A stretch of DNA of 64,000 nucleotides from Nemertoderma westbladi (lineage: Eukaryota; Animalia; Xenacoelomorpha): NCBI GenBank assembly GCA_032718475.1, contig JAUCBJ010008930.1, positions 7,883 through 71,882 of the forward strand. Direction: 5' to 3'. Within the stretch, counting starts at the first letter, position 1, and each line of letters opens with the position of its first letter. Positions 21,435 to 33,622 of the stretch are shown piece by piece. A program made the position numbers and the translations under genes. The notes below the pieces were generated by a model. The model ran no database searches and was not told the origin of the DNA. It saw nothing but the letters and a program-made list of their open reading frames with translations.

Positions 21435-23363
21435 TAAATTGGAGAGATACGCCTATTCCTACTAATTGGAAGAGACGGTAACAATACCTGCAATATCCTA
21501 CTGTAAAGTTTGTAAATCAAATCATAAATCCGACCTTCTCACCAAAACAGTAAACCCCAAGTAAGCGAATATATTGCAGTATCGATCTCTTTTAACCGGT
21601 GAGGCAGAAAACAGTCTACGAGCAGACAAACTTCGATAAAACAAAATCCCGCGCAGCGAATCCTAAAATCAGGCTGACTCACTGACGGACTAAGGGGCTC
21701 GTATACTTTGCCGCGGTGTGATTTATATGGTTGGGCAAAGGGACGCTAGCTAGGTACAGAGCAGATTTGGAGATGTCTAACTAGCGGGCAAAGCACAGTA
21801 CGGACTAAGTTAATTTTATATATTTTGAGGTGTAAATAATTTCTAACGCGCGTGTGTTAATTCTGAACGGTCAAAAGCAGTTTTGCTCCTTCACATATAT
21901 AATTACTGGGTACGGTGTGCATTTTACGAATATTCTAATTTGTAACTTGTAGGTCCAATACTCACGAATGGTAAGGTTCCTTCCCCTCTTGCGTATTTCC
22001 AGGACTCAAATTCAGGCATAAGGTTAATACTACGCCCAGAATTCGGCAATTTTAGGTACCAGGTCCCTGATACTAAGAAGAGATGTGTTAGTTTACTACT
22101 GTAGGCGTACGGGTACTAATAGCTATCCTGGCTCCTATCTAGAATTTTAGTCACCCAGGTAGTCCGGGTAACTTCCTATTAGGGCGTTGGCGGGGACACG
22201 GTAGATGTTAGTATATCCCTGATAGCCTCAATTTATTTGCGCCTAGCGTAAACTGCCCTACCGCCTGAATGGTACAATCCCAATTCAGGTGAAAACACAG
22301 CAACCCCCTAGCCTACAAGTTCTGATGTAATGGACACCGTTGTACGGCAAATAGTCGCACACACACCTGTACTTAGCAAGAGTTAAGCGTACAGTTTGCT
22401 GCACCCTAACCAATGTGTATGCCTTGTACTGGTGTGCCTACGTCCTATCTGCGTACTAGTATCTGCTCTCTCTCCCTCTCCCCCGTAGGAATATGAAGGT
22501 CTACTGCGGTTTTTCCCTGAATCAAGACAGTACAGTCCCTATGATGTAATTTTGGGCTCACAGCGTGTCACTACGTCTACCTTTGATCTTTTGGTCTTAC
22601 ACTTAGGTAGCAAGGATCGAACGCTGTCTAACCTTTCAGGCGATGGGCGAATAACGCTAGATGGTATTGCGGGTTGTCTCTCGTCTACATTCCCGTGATG
22701 TTCCCGTTCATTGCTGTGGCCCGATCTCTAGCTGGCCATCCTGTCCCTGAGTTTGTTCACCGTAGTGAAACCATATTAAAACAGATAGAAAGGCTGAGAG
22801 ATGTGACTAGTATTTCTGACTTTATTACAAAACATATAATAACTATTATACAATAAACAATGTAATCTGAAATAAGACAGAAAGTGAATGATGGAAATTG
22901 ATTGAATGTGATTGAGATTGAGATAACTAATGAACGAATCGCACCTTTATATACTAAATTTGTGCTGCAATCAATCGAGAAAATTCTCGATTGTTCTATG
23001 GGTTCTAACAAGGTTTTAAAGATAGCTTATTGGTCCAGCTAATATATAACTTGCACTACATTGGTTACAATCAAATAACTACAGCCTTATTGGTACAGAC
23101 AAATGCAATTAATTTGTAGCGGTTAATTTAAATGAGTTGAAATTCTGCACAAAAAATAATTCGCACTTACTAGGATTCGAACTCGATACCTACTACACAT
23201 ATAATTTCCAACGCTCTACCAACTGAGCTACTGAACCACTTGACCGATAGATACACAATAAATAGAACCAATACTAATGAGAACTCAAAGCAATCTTTAC
23301 AAAGTTAATTCGAATAAAATAAAATTTTGAAAATCCACGGCATTTAGGGAATATAATTCTATA
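21435..23363 (-). repeat. 5' LTR of BEL element 1
   Basis: Direct repeat of 4519-6432; the outer boundary could be 23361 or 23363. Confidence 0.9.
23151..23237 (-). ncRNA. tRNA-like Pol III unit inside the 5' LTR
   Basis: GGTTCAGTAGCTCAGTTGGTAGAGC...GAGTTCGAATCC...ATTATTTTTT on the minus strand (A box, B box, terminator). Confidence 0.6.
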
Positions 23364-24602
23364 ACAATATTATAATGTAAAATTTCTAAGCAATGACTGG
23401 TATGAAAAATGCTGATCTTCGAACTATGGTTCTGTAATTAAATTTTATTACTTCAACTTTTATACGGATTTACCAGTGAAAGAAACCTAGAATCCATTAT
23501 CACAATGTAACAGTATCAATAACCATATCTATTCTATGTAGATCATAAGAGAGACATCCTTGATTCATATATTATAATTTCCGAGCTGAAATGTTTCAGT
23601 GACTATAACTTACAGGCTTCGTATTATGTACAAACGACTGAGTAGTATATATTAATATTAATGGGTTACCGGTATATAGAACGAGTGTAGACTGGGAGCG
23701 AAAATATATTACATACAATTTCGAGTAATATAAAATTAACGAGTCCAGTTCGTCTCCCCTCGTGTCATTCGACGCATACCCCCCCCCCCCCCCCCCCTCC
23801 ACACTTTTCCCTTTACCTCGTGGTCTTTCTTTAAGCATAACTTCATTTTGGGTCCACCTTGGTGGAGAGGGCCCTTTCCCTGCAAGAAAACCGGCGCGGT
23901 AGCTACCAAGATAAAGCGCCGTCCCAGATTGTGAGAACCCTATACCCATGACCTAGGCACATTGTAGTACATCTCAGCAACTGCCCAGACGATTTTCTTG
24001 AAATTTGCACACGACCTGCGCCGCGGTTCCATATAACCCTATACCAAATTTCAAATAAATTCATAAATTAGGGGCCGAGTGAGAATGTTTTAAAGTTATT
24101 AAAAATTAATAAAAACTATTAGAAATAAATCTTGCCGATATCTGATTGGGAAGAGCACCGAGGCAGTTCGCTGGTAGAATTAATTCAGAGTTGGCTTGGC
24201 AACCACAGTAGGTAGGTTGAGCTGCTAGTATGCCGTTATCTCAGTAGTAATATGGCCGCCATCTAATGTGTACTATTTATAGACAATTTGATTTAATGAT
24301 AACCACAGTGTCTGACTACTGGGGTTGTTTAATGACGGATGTTATACTATAGCCAGTCTGCCCAGCAATACACATATCCATTATATGAACAATGTTTACA
24401 GTTAATCTATTGAATGGGGCTAATCAGTAGTGGGTAAATGATGCGAATTATAATGGTAGTGGCAAAGCAGTATATATGCACACTCTAGTCCTAAATCAGT
24501 CGATCTCAGGAACTGCAGATACGATTTTTTTTTAATTTGCACACAATATGAAGGGGGGTACCAGAAATAAGTGTACCAAATTTCAAGTAAATTGATCAAT
24601 TT

Positions 24603-25085
24603 ACTAATATATTTATAATTAAAAAGGTAATAAATTTCGCTATTTAAGGAAACTATAGGTCCTATGGGAAAATGATGAAATTCAAAGTTGTAGATAATCA
24701 TCCGCGTAGCCCATCGGTGGAATAAAATGTTGACTTTATTTATAACTAATATATTTATAATTAAAAAGGTAATAAATTTCGCTATTTAAGAAAACTATAG
24801 GTCCTATAGGAAAATGATGAAATTCAAAGTTGTAGATAATCATCCGCGTAGCCCATCGGTGAAATAAAATGTTGACTTTATTTATAACTAATATATTTAT
24901 AGGCCCTAATTAAAAAGGTAATAAATTTCGCTATTTAAGAAAACTATAGGTCCTATAGGAAAGTGATGAAACTCAAAGTTGTAGATAATCATCCGCATAT
25001 CCCATCGGTGGAATAAAATTTTGATTTTATTTATAACTAATTTATTTATAATTAAAAAGTTTATAAATTTAACTATTTAAGTAAA
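24603..25085. repeat. AT-rich tandem repeat, about 3.4 x 141-148 bp
   Basis: actaatatatttataattaaaaaggtaataaatttcgc...gttgtagataatcatccgc...cccatcggt recurs three times plus a partial copy. Confidence 0.9.
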
Positions 25086-25755
25086 TAATCCGAAACGTTT
25101 ATTTCCGAAATGTTTAATTGTACAATGCGAATTCGAATCTACCAATTATTTTTAGGAACGATTAGAAGACCACCGGGGCTACATGTTTAGATTATGATTT
25201 ATTTGTTCCAGAACGTTGTTACAGCTGTACAGGGTGGGTGGGCAATTTGGTGCTAGTGAATATTTAGAGTTCATTTATTTAGCTCAAAATGCTTAGAATT
25301 CTCAAGTTGTTTACATTGATATCACAATTTTGAAAGAAATATTTATCAAGAAGGTCAAAACTGAAGCCATTCTCGGACGTCCGCTCTTGGTGGAAGGGGA
25401 GGTCTGGCGCTGTGTTTATTTATATTTATTTAGGAACCTTGAAAGGAATTTAACAATTAATTCGTGTATACAACTTTGGAAGACGAAGTTATAACAGGTA
25501 GATGGCATTGCGGGTAGATGACACATATTGTACTGTTTTTGTATCCCTTGTACATCATTACTTAACCGAGATTCTACACCATAAATAAGAGAGTTTGGTA
25601 TACAAACTTCAAACACTTGAAATTTAAATTTTAATGGCATCGACGAATTACTGAATTGTTAAAATGGTTGTTGCATTAAGGAAGATGGTGTAGTATAAAA
25701 TCTGTCCTGCATTCTCCTCGAAAACTCTCAGTTATATACCTGTAGGCCTTAAAGA

Positions 25756-27151
25756 CCCTATTAAACCCGGGGGGGGGGGGGGTGTGTGACCCCCCCCGTG
25801 TTTTTTTTATTATAATTCTGAAACAAACGCAGTTGGGAATCTGAAATTTTTTGACTTTTCCTAAAAATCTATTGTCTTCCTCTTAGTGAAAACCGTTTTC
25901 AAAAATATAGGGTAGTTTTCGTGTTATAGCACCATTTTTTAACCCTACTTTTGGCACTTTTTTTTGAGACGTCTTTTGAATATTACATTTCATTAAATAT
26001 GAATTGTAACATCTCAATTTTTGATTTACACCGGTATTTTGATGTTAGCAATATAAATATATATTGATATATCATTGATATATTAATATATATCGATATA
26101 AATTGATTTAGAAATTTCAAACTTGTTTTTTTCGGTGGGTGCCAAATTTTGGTGCCAGCACCAAATTTTGAAATATGTAAATTTTGTAAATTGATTGTTT
26201 GAAACTTGTTATTTACGCAATTTGGGTTTTTTGGGGTTCTGGTTTCGATGAAATATATACGAGTTGCACCAAGCGTATCAAACTTGTATTTTTCGGTGCT
26301 GTGTGCAAATTTTGGTGCTAGCACGAAATTTTGAAAATTTATTCAATAGATAAAATTGCTTGTGACAATTTATTTCTTGCGTTGTAGAGGTTTATGGCTG
26401 TTCTGAATTCAATGGAATATCTAATTATCGAACTAGACATCTCAAACTTGTATTTTTCGGAAGTGGGTGCAAAATGTGGTGCTCGCACCAAATTTTGAAA
26501 ACCATCATATATAATAAATTGATTGTGCACCTTGTTTCTTGCGTTATACGGGTTTGTGAGGGTTCTGAATCCGAAGGAATCAATAAAACAGCACTGGTCA
26601 TCGCAAACTTGTACTTTTTGGTGATTGGTATGAAATTTGGTGCTAGCACCAAAATTTGCCAAATTACGCCGAAAAATACAAGTAGCAATGATGTGGCATA
26701 TTAGAAATGTATTCCATTAGAATCAGCGCCCTAGAAAACCTGAAAATGTGAATTTATAGCATCGTATAAGTGAATTAAAAATTTTGTGTTCTAACTGAAA
26801 AGTGCTGGTTAGTGGTTACTTGTTTTTTTCATTTTTTTCCTACGCAGAGAGGACTAAACAGCCATTTATAGTAATCATATCATTTTTAAATATTTTCCAA
26901 TGTATTTTGCGCCCCAGAAATCCTGTATTGAATAACAATTAGCCGAAAAATGAAACTTTCAAATTTTGTGAAAATTCTGCACTACTTGTAATTTTGGTGC
27001 TGCAATATAACCACCCCAGTACATTTTTTCGAAAATTTTTTTTCGGTCGGATCCAGACTAATGATACCTACGTACAAACAAAAAATCAGACGTTTTGTAA
27101 AAATGTATTTGTACAACATTTTATAGCCCGGTATTTTATAGCCTAATAGGG
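25756..27151. mobile_element. Non-autonomous piggyBac-like (TTAA) DNA element
   Basis: ccctatta at 25756 and taataggg|ttaa at 27144-27155; internal repeats of the quasi-palindrome aaattttggtgctagcaccaaa; the left TTAA is not intact. Confidence 0.5.
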
Positions 27152-27155
27152 TTAA

Positions 27156-27918
27156 GCCACGGTTATACTTCGCCTGATGTCAGACATTCAGCCATTTTCT
27201 ATTATTCTTTATAATCCTTTCTACCTGATTGTTACCAGACACTCTAGACTTCCGACTGAGTTTTTGTGAGGTCTTTACTTGTCTTACAGCAATTTCCCAG
27301 TCTGCCTCTAGGTGATAAAAGTGATTATGGAACATCTGCTTCGAATTTGCATAAACTTGACACTTGACATAAGTTTATGTCACGTGCTGCGCGAAATCCC
27401 CACTTCATGATGTTATATCCCAATGTCATTACCCTAGAAACACTATAGCTATAACATGGCTCGCCCTCCATATAGGCCTATACCTGGTGATGTAGTACCG
27501 TATCAATTAGGCCTATTAGTGCTATAGACAGCGCAGTGTCTGATATCATGATACTGTGATATATACTGATATATTATTACGATATTAACAATACGGACAT
27601 ATTACATATTATTATGATATTATGTTTTATATTATATCTGACCGCCTAGTTCATTTACCCGCGGTCCAAGACATAACACATGACATATTTTTTTTAACCA
27701 TGTATAAAACGCCACAGACGTAATTGTGTCTGTCACAGACATTGGTGAGCATGTACTGTATGTGGCGTGTCGGTGGTGTGTCTGTGGCAGACACTATCAG
27801 ACACGCGACAGACGCCACAGACATCAGACACTGAAGCAGTCTGATGGTGTCTGACGCAGACTATGGATGGTGCCATAGTCGTGTCTGTTGATGTCTGCAG
27901 ACGAAGTATAAACAGGGC
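27156..27918. mobile_element. MITE with about 21-bp TIRs, flanked by TTAA (Harbinger-like ends)
   Basis: ttaa|gccacggttatacttcgcctg ... cagacgaagtataaacagggc|ttaa. Confidence 0.75.
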
Positions 27919-28659
27919 TTAAGTGAACATCTTCACTATTCTCAATATTTCTTATATATATTATATATATATATATATATAAATATAATTGTAAGGAAAC
28001 CAAGATCAACCACGTTAAGTAAAAATTATAAGTCACAACAAATTACAGGTAATTGGAACTTAACAGGTAAACGGATTGCGTGGAAGTTGACGTACTGTAG
28101 GCCCTACAACATAATTAATTCGTACCCAACGCCATCAAAAACGGTATTACTGTATGGATAGATGATTGATGACCTTGAAAACGTTCCTTCTGAGAAATAA
28201 CTGTGGAAAAACTTATATAAATACATTAATAGTGTGATTGTTTCGAATCTAGCATAGTATTTCAATCAACAGCAAGCATGCTTCTTAGAATCAAAATGCA
28301 AAATTCGGCATGGAAGGGATATCACACCATTTGCCAAAAATGTGGAAATTCAAAAATTGTTATAGAATACATATATGTATCAAGTTAGGTTCCATTTCAT
28401 CAAAGATTGACAGTAGCACTAACTACACATTAACCGTTTAACGCCCACCCCTACTTCCCCATGTCAAAAATGTTTTATATTTTGGAAACTAACTCAAAAT
28501 GGCCCAATAAAAAAACTTTACTTTTACACTTTTGCAAAAAAAGTGTTTGTTCAGAAGTTACAGCTATGTTCCATTTAAGGTGCGTTGGGCATTAGAGCAT
28601 ATATTTTTTTCTAATTTTTTTGGAAAGGCATTCTCCAACTTTTCTTTACTTTATAACAC

Positions 28660-31600
28660 ATACTTGATACTTGATATTTATTTCTTTCTGCTGGTTACAT
28701 ATTAAATACATATTAACAACATTAAACAATAAAATTTAACCAATATTTAAAAAAAAAAGAAAAAATGTATAGTGTGAGACGACCCCCACAAAAGACTAAT
28801 AGCCAGGCTAGTGCCGTCTTGCTGTGGTGGCCAGAACCAACAGGAGGGGGGGGGGGGGGGGGGGGGGTGCCTGGTCCTTTTGAAATTTCGAATGTAGGCC
28901 TATATTACCGAACACATACACGTATGTATTGTGTAACGTAAATCAAATAGTTTAACTATATTGTGGTTTGCATATATTTTAATTCTAATTTTAATTTTAA
29001 TTTTCAATTTTTATTGGGATTATTACCTTTATTTTTGTACGATTGAATATTAAAATTAAAATTAACGGTAAATGCTATAGCTCAGAAAATAAGTGGTTTT
29101 TTAAGTTTGACGTAAAAGACTATTTTGATTTTTTATTGCGTATCTCTAGTGGCACAGAATTCCAGATCGAGGGTCCTCGAAAACTCACTGATCTCTGTGG
29201 GGAAGTTAGGTGACATAGTGGTATTGAGAAGTTGCCATGGGAAGCGCTGTGGGTATGTTAGTTGTGGACTGAAGAACGTTTTTGGAATAGTTTACCGAGG
29301 GTGGAATTTGGGCTTATGGTTTTCGAATAAATATCGTACATGAAGGTGCAAACTGACAGTTCATAGAGTTTGTTAAGTGGTAAAATATTTAATTGTTTGT
29401 AAATGGGAATTGATGACGATCTGTAGTGTGAAAATGTAATACAGCGTAAAAGTTTATTGATTTTTGTACGTAGTGGTTTCAGTGTGGTGGAATGTGTGCT
29501 ACCCCATACCAGGATCCAATAATTAACGTAGGGATGGATCAGTGAAAAGTAGAGGGTTCTGAGTATATGTAGAGGAAATATGTGCCTAAGTTTATAGAAA
29601 ATACCGCTGGATTTAGAAATTTTTTTGAGTACCTGATTTATATGTGTTTTCCACTTTAGTTTTGAATCTATCCAAATGCCAAGTAATTTTGTGTTGTCTG
29701 TCTGTTTGATATCGGTGTTGTTAATTTTAAGTTGTAATCTGTTGTTATCGGTGGTAGTAGGAATAGGAAGGTTAGTAAATATGGTGTACTCAGTTTTCTT
29801 CAGGTTTAGTAATAGTTTATTGTCACGTAACCAGTCGTAGATTTTAGTTAATTCACTGTTTGTACTAGATATTAATGAGTGGATATCACGATGTGAGTTG
29901 AGTAGAGTTGTGTCGTCAGCGAAAAGTGTACAAAGTAAGTTTGTTGCTTTGGGTAAGTCATTAATAAAAATGCTGCAGCCTAGCCCAACCCCGGCTTTCA
30001 TCCTTCAGTGGTCGATAAATGGGAACCAAGGCAACTTGGGAAACAGAGTGGAAGGGTTTCCTGTGGAAGATCACCCATGGTGGTGAGCAGGCATTCCTTG
30101 GCTTAACGAGCCTAAAAGATTCTCCCATTCATTAATAATAAAAATGAGAAATAGTATGGGAGAGAGGACCGATCCCTGGGGAACACCACAAATGAGAGGT
30201 AATAAAGTTGAATTAATGCCGTCGATGGAGACAAATTGTTTGCGATTAGAGAGGAAACTAGAAATAAGTTGAAGTCTGATACCATAGGTCTCAAGCTTAT
30301 TAATAAGGATTTTGTGGTCTATGGTATCAAAGGCCTTTTTAAGGTCAATGTATAAGGCGCATGTTGAATGATGGCAATCAAACATAGAGTTAATTTTTTC
30401 GGTTATAGATAGTAGTGCATGAGAGGTGGTTGTTTTTGGTCTGAAGCCGTATTGGGATTCTGTAATTATGGAGTATTTGTTTAAGTAGGATTGTAGTTGT
30501 TCATTAATTAATTGTTCTAGAATTTTGCTTAGTACTGGTAGTAACGATATAGGACGGTAATTATTCGGGTCTGTAGGATCGTCTGATTTGAATAGTGGTA
30601 TAACTTTAGCAATTTTTAATGAATCGGGAAAAAAGCCTTACTTTATTGAAAGGTTGAATAAGTAGCACAGGTGTTGGGAAAGTGGTTTGGCAACAAGTCG
30701 GAGTAGTTTGGTGGGGAACGGATCGTTAGAACTGCAGTTTAATTTGAGGTTGAAGATTCGGTATTGTAATTCTATTGGAGATGTTTCTGTTGATGTATAA
30801 GAGTTCACTCTAGTATTTGAAATATGGCGTCGGGGGGATCGGGGTGTGCAAGTCGGTGAGGTACTTTGGAGTTTAGTTCCAATGGTTGAAAAGTGTTCGT
30901 TGAATATTTCTGTAATTTGAGTTGGGTCTGATACAATTTGTGCGGAGGTATTTGTTTTTATAATAAGTTTTTTGGGTGATGATTTAGAAGTTGTTTTGTG
31001 GAGTACAGTATTAATTATCGACCAAGTAATTGTAATGTTGTTATCAAATTGTTGCGAATAATATTTTTTCGGCAATTTTTAAGGTTTTTTTGAGATGATT
31101 ACGATACTGTAGTCGGTAAAACATTTACGGTTGGTTTCAGTTCGGTTTTTTAAATAGTTCCTGTATAATTTGTCTTTAGTTCTGATTGATTTGAGTAGAC
31201 TTTCAGTGATCCATGCTTTGAGGGGCCGAGTTTTGTGTGTATATGATTTTGAAGGGATATGAGAGGAGCAAATGTTGGTGAGATTATCGTAAAAACAGTC
31301 AAACTTTGAGGTGATGGCTATTGATTTATCGGTGTAGGACCAGTTGGAGGGTTTATTAATGTCACGAAGGAAAGAAGATTCGTCAAGTTTTGAATAGTCG
31401 AAAGTGTGGCGTGGTTTAGGTTCATTGAAAATACAGCTAAATTTTTGTAAAATGATAAATGTTGCGTGGTGATCTGAATTACCTATTTTACAGTTAAAAG
31501 TACCCGCATTGGAAACTGAGGTGGTTATATTGGTAATTATGTGGTCTATCAGTGTTTCTGAATTACGTTTTGGGTCAATTCGAGTGGCATGGTTTATAAG

Positions 31601-31690
31601 CTGTATGTACCCGTAAGAGTTAAGAAGGTTTATATATCTTTTCTGTATTTGGTTGTTGTTCGCTTTATAAGTTCTTACATAAATTATATA
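28660..31690 (-). mobile_element. 5'-truncated, frameshifted CR1/L2-group LINE (APE C-terminus + RT)
   Basis: ATRI...TLIDHI, SDHH, PWIT-like KAWITESL, NYRPISLLPVLSKILE, IDLKKAFDTIDH, GVPQGSVLSPILF, LFADDT, KLLGIWID; AATAAA near 28680 on the minus strand. Confidence 0.9.
29973..30135 (+). mobile_element. 5'-truncated SINE-like insertion in the LINE RT
   Basis: Flanked by an 11-bp TSD taataaaaatg (29962-29972 and 30136-30146) that splits LFLIFIND; contains ctttcatccttcagtggtcgataaatgggaacc, resembling a conserved SINE core. Confidence 0.65.
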
Positions 31691-32339
31691 GGACCCCATT
31701 GATTGTTCAGAAGCTACTGCAGTTAGTTAGGCTATTCAGCTACGGTATGGATAAGCAGTTCATCGGCTTACTGATATAAACTAACTGGGAAAAGTCACTG
31801 TTGTTAAGATAGGTTCCGGTAGCCGTTTAGCAGATGATGTATACCGGGATGTTCTGTAAGATTTATTTTCGGTTTATCGAGTTCTGTTTATAGGCCTATA
31901 GGTATGCGAACCCCAGGCAGTTTAGTGGGACCATTACTTTGTCATATAATTGATTACGGGTATATATATCAACCGATAGTAATCCTATAGTCAACCTATA
32001 GGTATAGTATATAATGCCTAATGCCTTACCTCTAGAGTGGGCCTACACGTGCAATGTACACATGCTACACAGACTATGCCTATCAAGTTATCGACTATTG
32101 TATCAAGAAGTACAGTGTGCACAAAAGTACTGCTGTTCCGATATACTGATGCTGATCCTTATACTGTTATGGGACGGATCAATAAAGGTCCGTGCCATAA
32201 TTGCATGCCTGCCAGACCTGCAAGACTCACAGATAGAAACTGCCCTCCACCGCTCCTGCTTGCCCCAAGGTCGGCTTCGCCCTGCGCTGTTGCCCTCCAT
32301 CTCTGGTAGTGCAGTATTCCTTGGAATTCGAACTCATCA

Positions 32340-32700
32340 TGCGTGACTCCTTGTCTGACCTGGTCGGAGGTTCGCTCTCCGACTGGTCATGCATGCGTTC
32401 CAACCGCTATGGGAGGTCTCGGCCTGCGCAAGGGAACTGACCATGCACCAGCTGCATATGTAGACTCCGTTTGCCCGGCTGGACCCCTTGTTTCCCTCAT
32501 CATTGGCCACCCTCCAGCCAACCCACACGTAGATCCTGCCCTAACCTCTCTGTCCACATCTGCAGAGGAAGAGGAACCCGAGAAGACTCAACCTCCGCTC
32601 ATTCTGTCCCCACCACCCAGCAAACCTGGATATGCCCTCATTGAGGCCGGGAGCGTAAGATCGTGGCCCACGCCGAGGAGTGTCACAGCTCCGGGGTCGG
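32340..32700 (+). pseudogene. Fragment of a CRE-like non-LTR retrotransposon (post-RT thumb region)
   Basis: ACVPTAMGGLGLRKGTDHAPAAYVDS resembles the LP...GGLGL.....AAY..S motif; compare LSLPVRHGGLGV in the intact element at 60880-60905. Confidence 0.55.
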
Positions 32701-33033
32701 GTTCACACCATTCGTTTCTGCTGTCTCTTCGTTTGTCCTTTCTTATAAATATAACCTTATTAATTAATAAAAAATATTGTTACATTGAAAAAAAAATAGT
32801 AGCCTAATACGAACTAGCTAAAAAAATATTCTTATCTACACTGTGTTCTGATGTACCTGCCTGGACTGTACCTACAGTATAGACCTATGCAATGTACAGT
32901 ACAGTACACTCGACAATCGAGTTATGTTCTTTACATTTCCACTGGTCATTTGGACAACTTGTAGACATTTTTTCAAAGTTGATCAAAATCAGGTCAAGAA
33001 AATGCAATTTATTCGAGTCAGGTCTAGAATGTG

Positions 33034-33562
33034 TGTTAGCTTATCCAATTCCGCTAACATCCCATAAAGTTATAAGCCGATAAGCAATATTGGGAGCCGC
33101 GAGATTGGGTAATAACCAACTCGTGCCATCCCAATAAGAGTGGGAAGGAAGCACACAATAAAGGGTCAGGGGCCAAACCCCTAACCCAGAGAGAACAGAT
33201 GGAGTGAACGGGAACACTCCACGGGGTGCCAACAAGGGTATCAACCAATCAGAGGGGGGCAAGGCATCGATTAGGTAGTAATTAGGCCAACCGTGCAATA
33301 TAACCAGTAACCCAATATCAGTAATTCAGTTATCTCAGTGCAGTAGTGCTAGCATAGGTTAATTAGTTTAGATAGGGGAGCACGGGACTTTTAGTTACCG
33401 TATCCCGCCTTCCATATACTATACAATATATCTATATCTTATACCTTTATTATTATACACCGAACTTCAGAACTCATTTTACTTTCATTCACTCTTTATA
33501 CACGGCGGGGACGCGTGAACTAAATACCGGATAAATCGGGATCCCTCCTGGATCCCGTCACA
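33034..33562 (+). repeat. 5' LTR of BEL element 2
   Basis: tgttagc...gtcaca, 529 bp; I count 3 substitutions versus the 3' LTR. Confidence 0.95.
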
Positions 33563-33622
33563 GTAACTAAAACCAACCGCTGCCCTAGCTAGCCAAACCA
33601 TCAGCCACCAATCACCAGCGAG

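Larger units (their letters stand above)
4519..23363 (-). mobile_element. Full-length BEL/Pao (Belpaoviridae) LTR retrotransposon with an extra ORF, about 18.8 kb
   Basis: About 1.9 kb direct repeats at both ends; single gag-PR-RT-RH-IN ORF with BEL-specific motifs; second ORF; PPT next to the 3' LTR. No clean TSD found. Confidence 0.95.

Noticed and set aside
22755-22826. AATAAA followed by TGGTTTCACTACGGTGAAC on the sense strand, suggesting a short 590-bp LTR plus a tRNA PBS (also at 5842-5913)
   Set aside because: I recognise no matching tRNA 3' end, and it folds as a C(UACG)G hairpin. The direct repeat continues 1.3 kb further and stops exactly at the 12-nt self-complementary site. It cannot be fully excluded as a relic of an ancestral LTR.
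23151-23237. Functional tRNA gene
   Set aside because: No acceptor or anticodon stem pairing; reported only as a tRNA-like Pol III unit.
23474-23486. Possible 13-bp micro-exon ending in TG that would complete the Trp codon of the SLC1A exon
   Set aside because: Weak acceptor and too short to support without transcripts.
25416-25740. ORF resembling a LINE C-terminal region (LIYGVES)
   Set aside because: Too decayed to classify with confidence.
28105-28190. Possible minus-strand exon (VIPFLMALG resembles an EAAT segment)
   Set aside because: Wrong order relative to the 4241-4431 exon, and the similarity is too short.
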